A stretch of DNA of 57,559 nucleotides, the filler included, from Sphacelaria rigidula (Eukaryota), in NCBI GenBank assembly GCA_964200075.2. It is 6 parts of 6 records of this genome, joined end to end, with 100 filler letters (N's around TTAATTAATTAA, not from the genome) between each part and the next. Parts side by side here need not be neighbours in the genome. Positions count along the whole stretch, not along the records: positions 48,051 to 57,559 come from CAXNAA020008332.1; 5 more parts are not named here. One strand, 5' to 3'. Made by a program: the position numbers and the translations under genes. The notes beneath the pieces are model-generated. The model did not search any database, was not told the DNA's origin, and saw nothing but the letters and a program-made list of their open reading frames with translations. The stretch's first letter is position 1. Each line of letters opens with the position of its first letter. Positions 48,051 through 57,559 of this stretch are shown here, piece after piece.

Positions 48051-50695
48051 GGTTGTTGTTGGGGGGGGGGGGGCAAGACAGCCGCGCGGCCTTTTAGTGT
48101 GTTTCTTTTTTTTTGTTTTTTGATTCCCCCCCCCCCCCGTGATCGAGTAATAAGGTGGCGGATTCCGTCGGTATATACTATACGGGCGGCACGATAGTTC
48201 GTACTTTATTCCGCTCTTTTCTTACTTGATTCATTCACCAGCATTCACTACTGTGCTGTAGTATCACCGAACACTTGGAAAAACATACGACTTCTTCGCA
48301 TGTTCAAGTTGAAATGTAGGCAACAGCCCAACAACCGTACTCGTACTGACTGTACTGTCTTCACGAGTACGAGTACAGTAGTAGCATTTTTTTCATGTCT
48401 CACCATCGTAACGTATACTTTTGCGGACAGTACCGTACTCTGCTGTTGTACTGTTTTGTAACCGCCACCAAGCATACATACCCCAACCTCGAGGGTTGGT
48501 GCTGCAGCGCAAGGGAATTGCCGTACTCGTACTTTTTATTTACGCTGCACCCTGCTGTTTTGTACTGTAGAGATTTGGCAGCACAATTGCACTACAGTAC
48601 TGATGGTTGAGAACCCTTTCTCCTTCTCCCAAGGTGTCACTGGAAGTCTTGTCAATGCAGATGAAGCTACCACTGACGCTTCAGAGCCGGAGGTGTTGAT
48701 CATATGTATGTGGCCTCATTTCGGTCCTGTTTCAAGTGAAAATGATGCCGATCCCACAACTGCGTACCTCCGACGCTGAACGGGTTAACAGATTGACCGC
48801 GAGGGTAGGCCATTTGGTCGTGCATTTTTTTTTTTCCGGAGTGAAATGGGGTTGACTCAACAGATCACCCGTGCTCGCGGTCAAAGGGTTACATCTGGAA
48901 ACGACAAGTCCTTCGGTAGCTGGTGCCGTCGATCTTACCTCAGGGTTAGGTTTTCCAAGGACGGAATCACCATCATATTTACTCGAAAACGAGTGTCAGG
49001 CTCGAATGTCTACTTGAAGTGCTCGTGCGCGAGGGTGGTGGAAGCCCTTTTTGTCAGTGAGCGTAATTTGGGCGCCAGGCTTTGTAGGCAGATCCGTCCA
49101 CCTTCTGAATTTTCAAAAATTTCAAATTTCATGATCGAAAAATGGTTCTGATAGATTCGATTCTACTTTCTCCTTCTGTTGTCCATCCAGGACTTTCGAT
49201 GAACCTGTACGCAGTAGGTTTGAGTTTCCTTTTGTTTGGTGCCGAATATTGAAGAATGAAGATCTTCCTTCCCCGCACCCCCCCCCCTCTTCTCCAAGGC
49301 CTCTTCCTCAGGGAGAAAACCTTAACGTGTCTTGACCAGATTTGTTTCTTTTATGCGAACTTCAAATTCTGCAATGGCCCGATATTTCATGCGATGGATT
49401 TCGTGTCTAACAAGTCGCTTTTCATACATTCACACATTCACACATGTTCAGGATATATTCTGTTTTTAGCTCGCCTCGAAGTTCTCCTTCGGCGTGTTGT
49501 TCGCTGCCGTGTGTGTTTGTGTGTGTGTTTGTGTGCGTTTAAGGCGCCCAAGCGTGTGCTGTGTATCTCTTTTTGAATAATAATGATAATAAACGAGTAC
49601 GAAAAAGACTGGTGGAGCAATCAAAGTGCTTTTGCTTGCATGGGCAACAAAACACATCGTTTTACATGATCGTTCACATTCGTCATGCGTGAATTGCCAT
49701 GCGTGGGCAGCGCATACATTCTTTTTCCTGACGATGTGGATTATTATTTGACTCTTTTCATAAAGAGTCAAAAATACGCATGCTAGCGCAATTCCTTCCT
49801 TTCTTGCCTCCCCCCCTCCTCCCCCCCCACCCCCCCCCACCACCACCCAACCCCACACCACCNNNNNNNNNNTTTTTTTCTCTTTTCATAAAAAAAAAAA
49901 AAAAAAACACACACCCGAACTCCCCCCTTTTTTGCCCCCCCCCCCCCCCCCCCCTCCCCGTCCTTGCCCCACCTCTGGACACAAAATATAAACACACGAA
50001 CACACAATTTTCCGGGGTACCACTGTTGTTTTCGGCGATCGCTGGAGGGAATAGTTTGCGGTTGCTTCAAGCGAACTTATTCCATCAGTACTGTCACTAC
50101 ACGTAGGGCACGATCATTGAGAGTGGACTTCGGTGCGTAAGCACGGCCAACGCTCCGGGTGCTCGCGGAAGGAGCCGTCGACAATCCCACCACCAGCCCG
50201 ACCACCCTTTCCACTTCCATTCGAAATCTCCATCCAGACTTCAGGAGGAACTGAGGCGGAGAATATTTACGCGAGTCTTCTTGCTGCACTTCAGTACAGT
50301 GCGCCGTATCATCCATCGCGTTACTGGACCTAACTGCAGATACCTGCCAGAGTACAAATACTGTGCGGTGTACTGCTGCTTGGTAACGTGTCAAGGACGC
50401 CGTAACTTTGGCATATATCACTCTCGGGTCAGAGAGTTTGCGGAGACAAAGTAACACGCACGCAGCCGGTGACTTTTTTTTTGCAGTCCTTGTTGGCTGC
50501 TGCTGGTCATCAGACAAGAAAGAAAACAAAACAAAGAGATAAAATAAAAATAAGTTGGTTGATTCACTGGTCGAGGAAGGGAAGGAAGTAGTCAGTAGGG
50601 TAGTAGATTGTGGAGCAGCAGTGTACTCGGGACACTCCGAAAATTCGCTCTCGCACAGAACGAAGTGACGCCAAAAAAAAAAGGAAAGGATCAAA

Positions 50696-53600
50696 ATGTA
50701 CAAGTTTCCGAGCAGCGGGAGTACCACCACTTCCTACCAGCTTCTGCATACCAAGGGCGGCGGCATGAACACTAGCCGGAGGGCTTCCGTGCTAGACACG
50801 CACTGGCAGCAGCAGCAGCAACAGTCGTCATTGGCGGCGCCAGCCTCGTCGTCCTCTGGCGCTAACCTCTTGTTGCGTGGGACTGGGGTGGACGACTTGT
50901 ACACACAAGATGTCTCCACCTCGTCCAGCGCGGCGGCCTCGAACACCCTCCCGACCATATCGTTCGCTCTCGGAGGGGGGGGCGGGGCTAACAATGGTAG
51001 AGACGCCATCAACAGTACGTCCTCGCTGCTGCTTTTGTCCCCCGATTCTCAATCCCTTCACGATGACGATCCTTTGATTTGCAGACCCGGCGATGCTTGG
51101 CCCGAGACAAACGCCGGTACTTCGTCTTCGGAAGCTGGTGCGGTAATGGGGGGGGGTGTGATGAGCAGCAGCAGCAGCAGCGGCGGTAACAACAACAGCA
51201 GTAATAACAACAACAATAACAGCAGCAACGGCATTAATGGCAGCAATAGTAGCAGCCGTGGTTTTGGTCTCTTCCCGAGGCCGGAGTGTGCGACTAGTCA
51301 CCAGGCACTCGGAGGAACGGCGGCTGGCTCGAAGGGGGACATGCTTCTACCAAGGTTGCTTGATTCGGATCTCGAAGGCCCGAGAGAGGTATGTTGAAAC
51401 GTATGTTTTGTATTGTGTTCATTTGAGTACGGTATGGACGATCGAAACGTGTGTCTTCGCGTATTTTCAGGTTTGGTTTTTGGTTTTTCATGTCATTTCA
51501 TGTCACATCATGTATGAGTGTTATGTATTTATGTATGTATATACGTGTGTGTATATATGAAATCATAATTTCTTGCCCTTCGTTTTTTCCTCATGTTGCC
51601 CTATATGGCGATGAGGCACTCGTTTGGAGGGGTCGTGTGGATGGATGCGTGTTTCCTTGCCCATCTTGTGATGATCGAGACCTGCCGGTTTGTTCTGTTT
51701 TGTACTGGTTGTACCATCTGTCGTTGGTTGGTGTCGAGGTGTGGGGAGTTGAGTCTTGTGTCTTTTGTCATACCTTCGTCTCATGTTTGTCGCGGATCAG
51801 CAGTACTGCTTGCAGGGCTAGAGGTGAGTTCATTGTGGATATCATGTTGCATCCTCGGTTGTTGTTGATGGAGCGGGGGAGGGAATCATGATTTCAGGGC
51901 TGGTCGTGCGCGAGAGGTGTGGGGTTCGTTCATGAGGGCCGGTAGGCAGGGAATTTTGACCTCCGGTTCAGTGTCCGTTTTTCTGTTTGAAGTCAAGGAG
52001 CTTTGACCAAAAAACGAATAACACGGATGATGTGATGGAACAACACGACGAAACGTTTCGTCCTTATAACTTCACACGACGACAACCGTGGTACATGCGC
52101 TTTTGTTTTATTTGTTGCCAGTCAGGCAATTGTTGGCACCCTGCATTCTGGTTTGTGTGAATTGTTCACTGAGTGACTCATTTGGTTGGTTGATGAGGGG
52201 GTTGGAGGGGCAGGGGGGGGGGTGAGGTTAGGATGTGAAGTGATTGATTGAACTGGATCAGGGTGTTAATTTTCTTGTAATGATGCGGTGTGTGTTTGTT
52301 TTCCTTCTTTGAGGGGAATGGCGGCGGAGTTTGACTGCCGCCGTATGTTGTGCACTTGGCTGTATACAGCAGTCACGATACAGCTCGGGGCCCTCGCGTT
52401 CGTTCCCACGGCACACAATGTAATTAGAGTAATTGTTTTGTGGTGGAATTTTGTGGCGAAATATTTCGATAGGCTCCGGCAGCTCTTGTTCAAACCGCAA
52501 ACACCGAGACTTCCCGCACGCAGTGATGTTTTGTTCTGACGAGTCATGCTCCCCCCCCCCCCCTTCCCAAGCTGCCCCTGCGGCCGCCCCTCCCCTCGAT
52601 TTCCCATAACGTTCCAAGAGAGCACTGTAGACCTTCTTTTTCTTTCTCGAGTCAAGCACCGTGTTATGATTCTCATGTGCTAACGTTTTTTTTATGTGAT
52701 TTGAATCTTCCTCCCTCCATTTTTTTGTTCTGTATCCTCATTCCGTCTCTTTATATCGAGCTAGCCAGCCAGCCAGCTCGCCCCTGCATCCTTTTTTTAT
52801 TGTGTGAAGCCTTGATTTTTCTGGATTGCGTACATAATTTTCATTGTGGATTAATGCCGAGGGCCGCGGGGTATGGCGATCCATTCAACCGGGTTACTTC
52901 TTCGGCCCGCTTGACTCACTCCCTGTTTCCAAGAAGCACCCCCGCGCGCTGCGGGAGCCTAGATATTGTGCGTGATCGTATATATTCGGCAGCGATTATA
53001 AATCCATTTCCTGATTTTTTAATAACGTATGCATGTTGTGACAACAAATAGTTCATCCCCGTGGAAAAAAAACCACATCGTAATTTACCGACTGCTTTTA
53101 ACGAATAAATGAAATACCGCAAAAGTGTTCGTTCGTTTTTTTCATCATCCCGTGCTCATTAAAATAGCACATCTCGGGATTGTCGGCTTTGTTCGGTTCG
53201 TGCTTGTGTTTTCCCGACGTGTGTCTGTGTGTCGTGTCGTGTTGTGTTTTGTATGGTAACTCAACAAAAACTCGGCCAGGTGCGCGCCCGGCGCCAGCAT
53301 CAGCTACCGCGGCCCCCACCCCTGCGCGCATCCACATTCCTTCAGCAAGTTGACGGAGCCGGCGCAACCAGTACGGATTACGATGGAGATGTACGATCTG
53401 GCGAATTACTTCCGCCGCCGTTCGATCGCGCCTCCACCATTTCATCTCACCCCTGGTCGCGCCCAGCTGTCGCGACGTCATCGCTGGCGGCCACCGGCAG
53501 CAGCGGTGGTGACACGGGCTTCGACACCGGAGCCGGGTGGGGCAACATTATAGATGATATTCACACGACGCCCAACTCCTTCGGATACGGCTCGGCGGGG

Positions 53601-54535
53601 GTGGATGCCTCGTCGTCATCGTCGGCGCCGACCTCTTCTGGCATCTCATCGGACGCGATGATGGTACGCGGGGGCGGTGGTGGCGGTAGGCACTCACAAC
53701 TTCATCACACCAGTTCTATGGGGCTCTCGGATACCACCAGCGGTAACAGCCGGAAGCGGCGAGCGCCGTCTCCGCCGACAAGTGCTCCCAGTGCTGCAGC
53801 CGCTGCTGCTGCTGCGGCTGTCGTTGCTGCCGCAAGCGTCCACTCTCCCACGGACGGTGCGCACGACGGCGATCGAGCGCCGGCACTCTTGCCCAACCTC
53901 TCGGCACTGTATAACACCAACCGAACGCATGTTTCGACGAGCGGGATGTCTGTCGGCGGCGAGAATGATGGAGCAGGAGACCGCGGAAGCGGTGGTGACC
54001 ATGCCTCCTCCGGTCTCGCATGGCACGCGCTTGGGGCAGCGGCGTCGCGCGCCGGGCCATCGAATGCGAACGGAATCGGAAACTCGTACGACACGTCTGG
54101 GCTACCCCCGCCGCCCAGGGAGTCAGGCCACCGCCGGATGCTCCCCAGCGCCCTCGAGCCTGACCATTACTACTCTTCGCAGCTTCCGGTCGTACACCCG
54201 CGATACATGGTCGGGCAGACGATAAACGCGTCCGCTGGCACGAGGGCCGGCCGGAGTAGCACAGGCGGCGTCGGCGGCGGCGTTGGCAGCGGCGGTTATA
54301 ACCTCTCCGTGGACACCCCGTCGCTGGCGTCTCCCTACGCGATGCATTCGTCGTCGTTCGTTACTGGAAACCTCCAGGCGTCGGGCGAAGAAAATAGAGG
54401 ACTGGGTGATTCAAGGGTTTCCGATAATATTTCTGCCATGAGGAGAGCGCAAGCGGCGGCCGCCGGGGGCGACATTGGCGGTGACCTTGGTGTCGCTGGG
54501 TGGCGGCAGCAGCCAGCACGTGCTGAGCAACGCAG
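50696..54535 (+). CDS. Partial gene for a low-complexity Ser/Gly/Ala/Asn-rich protein (exons 50696-51388 and 53346-54535)
   Basis: Two GC-rich long open frames joined in phase 0 (GAG|GTATGT, TTCAG|CAA); next donor AG|GTGTGT. Poly-Q/S/N/A tracts and a basic SRKRRAPSP motif; downstream exons not found. Confidence 0.7.
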
Positions 54536-57500
54536 GTGTGTGCGCGGTAACGTGTGCGCGACTTGAGATTTGGAGTGTTGTTCCGCGGGATGCATTCCTG
54601 ACCAAATTTCGTTGTTGGATGTTTGATTTATTTTCTGTCTGTTCCTTAAAGTTTGGGCACAACGATGACCCTGCTGCGGCGCACCCAGAGGCTCTATTTG
54701 GCCCCGAAAAGTATTTTGTTTCGAAGCGTACTTGATGTACATACATACAGTACATGCGCCACCTCGGTTGTCGCAAGAATGCCGGTTGCTGCCCTGTGGT
54801 ATGCATGTGTGTATGTGTGTCGAGAGTTTGGTGCAATCTTCGTTCCTGGTGTGCCATGGTCGTCCCGTTTGGAAGGAACAAGTGGTAGCTCCGTCTTCGT
54901 CTTTGTGGTCGTCCTCTGTCTGCCGGGTGACATTTTGCTTCAAGGTGTTCAAAGTTTCTTGTGTGTGAGCAGGCGCCTTCATAATTTTTTCTAGTGTTTC
55001 AGGTTTTACCGGACTGTTTTATGATGATGATTCATCCTCCCTCACACGGACGCGATATACACTGCATACACACAAACACACACGCGCACGCGCGCACACA
55101 CACACACATATCCCCCCGCACGAAGAAACACAACACGCCGGAGAGCAGGTGGTGAACGAATTCCAGCAGGTCCGTGTTTTTGCTTTGCTCCGTACCCCCC
55201 TTCCCCCTCCGCTACCGTGCTTCCACAAACCCGCATCCAGTAAAAGCGCACGGAAAGGCAGGAGTAGCGGCATCAACGAAATTTTCCAGGTTCCTCACAA
55301 CAGAAAGTCATACTTGAAGGTTATTGCATTCAGTTTGTTGACTGTATTAATCAATGTGTGGCAGGCGTCGACGCACGCATTGCGCTCATCCTCTGCATGT
55401 CGCCAAGAGGTACGCTATACGCCATTACTCATGGCTTCGCTTCGAAGGTACTCGGTGCCGTGTTTGTGTTAACTCTGGACTGGATTCATGCCACGTTCGC
55501 AAAACACCCTCGTTTCTGGTTTGCCATCGTCACGCACCGCGCCGTCCGTGCCTGTGTCTGTTCCGGCAGCACTTTGATTGCGGTACCTTGATTTTGAAAA
55601 AATAAATGTTCAACGTCGGGTATTTTCCCAAGGCGTTTTGCTCAGTAGTTAGAGGGGGTCAACCTACAGTCTGCCTTGTGATGAGAGCTAATTCGGGGGG
55701 CGTTCGGGTACCCGTCGTTTTGGCCGAAGTCTCTTGACACTTGCATCAACCGTTTACGGTCAGTTTCTGGTCACGTGTAGTCTAGAAGTGGCTTTTTGGA
55801 TTGAGCTGAGATTTCACGTTTCCCCCGTGGTGATATGTGAACTATTGATTTTTCTCTGTACAGACAGTGTTACAGTACGAGCTCGACATTTATTTTCATT
55901 TTTTCACCAATGTACTGTCTGTTGAATTGATCTCGATCGGGGTCTCTGTTGTTGGCACAGCAGTGGTGGTACACGAAAGGGATCACACTCAGTCAGGTCC
56001 TGTTTTGTCCTTCCCTATCCGTTCTTGTCTTGTCCTCTGTTGTGCGTTCATTCGGGTGTACTGTAATTTATGTACCAAGTCCTAGAAGTCTTTGACCCCG
56101 TTACTTCATTTTTTGACAAGATGGTTGTACGGTCGGATCCGCGTATACGCGAGCCGTATCTCACATATCGTGCACGTTGAAATATTATACGGCCCCGTAT
56201 GTTCATGGGGTATCATTGCACCGTTGAAGGCACTTCATACCGGCTACTCACTCGGCCCTGGGCATACATACTACCTCGCTCGGGCAGGCCTACCGCTTTC
56301 GCCTTGCCCGAGCGGAGCCCATCGTACAGAAATATTTATTCACGAAAATAATCGTTCTTGACGAGGCGGACTAGCGTTCCTCGCACTTATATCGCGTGAA
56401 ATTAACTGGTTCGTTCATCACGGTCATGTTCGGCGTTTGGTGCCGCTACCTTGAAGCAAGCCATGCCGTTTCAATACGTATGACAAGAACAATGTGACGT
56501 GAAGAACACCACAGAAGAAGTCCGCACTGGGCACCATGTCGACCCATCGTTTCTTCAAAAAAAAACATTTAGTATTCTTCCTATACTGTACCATGACTAC
56601 TCTTGTACCGTCAGTTTTGTCATGAACGAGGAGAGAGGAAGTGGCCTCGTCGTCATAGTTATATATTGCATCGTATATCCAGTGACCCTACAATAAATAG
56701 TAAATAACGAATGATCGAGCCTTGCCGTCGATCTCGGAACGAATTGTTTTGGCGCGCGGGTCATTTCCCGCTTTTCAGGTTTCCTTGCGCGGGCGGTAAT
56801 ATTCCGACAAATGTTCCGCCCTGGCGAAGGTGTGCGCGGTGTTTTATTTGGCCCGCAGTCAGCCGAATCGATCGATTGAACGTGATGATCGAATGCATTA
56901 GCTGGCGCCACCACACGCTCTTTGACGTCCCATGGTGCTTTATCCCCGCCGCCCGCCCCCCGTATGTATTCGTTGTGGGCTGATGTTACAGGAGGGACAA
57001 CGGAAATGGTACGGCACCCGCGACCACAGCTTCGAAGGGTAGAGGCTGTCAAGCGGAAGATTGCGATCGGCGGCCCATTTATGCCTATAAGGGCAGCAAA
57101 AAAGCGGCATATTGTGCCAAGCACAGGTATGGTTTTATGTTAGGTACACACACCGTAATTGGTAAGTAGTATACCTTGAATGTGCTAGTACTACTGCATA
57201 TAGTACCGTAACTGTTTCTTTTTCTGTGGGGTTCCGTGATTGCTGACCCGTGGACAAAATACACGTAAGGTCATTGCCCCGCGAATGGCCTGGCTACATA
57301 ACAGTACACTGGGGGGAAAAAAAAGTCCTCTGTTGACCCTCCTCGTGCGTAACCCCGGCTCTCCGTCCACATATACCGAATGGTGTAGACTGGGGCCCAG
57401 AATAGATGGTATGACAACACGCAACACACAGCACGGCACGCCTGCAACAGATGCGCTTTTGGGGGAGAGACCAAATGCCGTCGAATAGCGACTTCTGTGT

Positions 57501-57559
57501 GTGTGTGTGTTGTCGTCCCATTTATTCTGGGTACCAGTCTACACCTCTCGGCATATGTG

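Noticed and set aside
49800-49965. Poly-Pro/poly-Gly ORFs
   Set aside because: They come from low-quality C and A homopolymers around an internal N gap.

Overview
This window is not one locus. It is six unplaced contigs of 9,509-9,511 bp in decreasing size order, joined by 100-nt N/TTAATTAATTAA linkers, so nothing can be inferred across the gaps. The DNA is eukaryotic, intron-rich and transposon-rich. TTAGGG repeats, GT-AG introns and TE style suggest a stramenopile such as a brown alga, but that is inference. Contig 1 has nested inverted-repeat elements (one Stowaway-like MITE) and an intronless multi-pass membrane-protein ORF. Contig 2 has a three-exon gene encoding an OTU/vertnin-like cysteine protease fused to an AT-hook and a ~1,090-aa unassigned region. 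It sits among telomere-type CCCTAA/TTAGGG clusters and 296-bp tandem repeats and is probably part of an unrecognised large mobile or viral element. Contig 3 has exons of a CTFxP-repeat gene and a decayed APE-RT LINE. Contig 4 has an unassigned spliced gene and a T5orf172/GIY-YIG nuclease exon preceded by three tandemly duplicated 162-bp phase-1 zinc-finger exons. Contig 5 has a decayed Copia element with non-canonical TATTC...GAATA LTR ends and a 5-bp TSD, carrying a MITE and two ~70-bp TSD-flanked copies of the LINE 3' tip. Contig 6 has two exons of a low-complexity protein. All calls come from reading the sequence by eye; no database searches were run.
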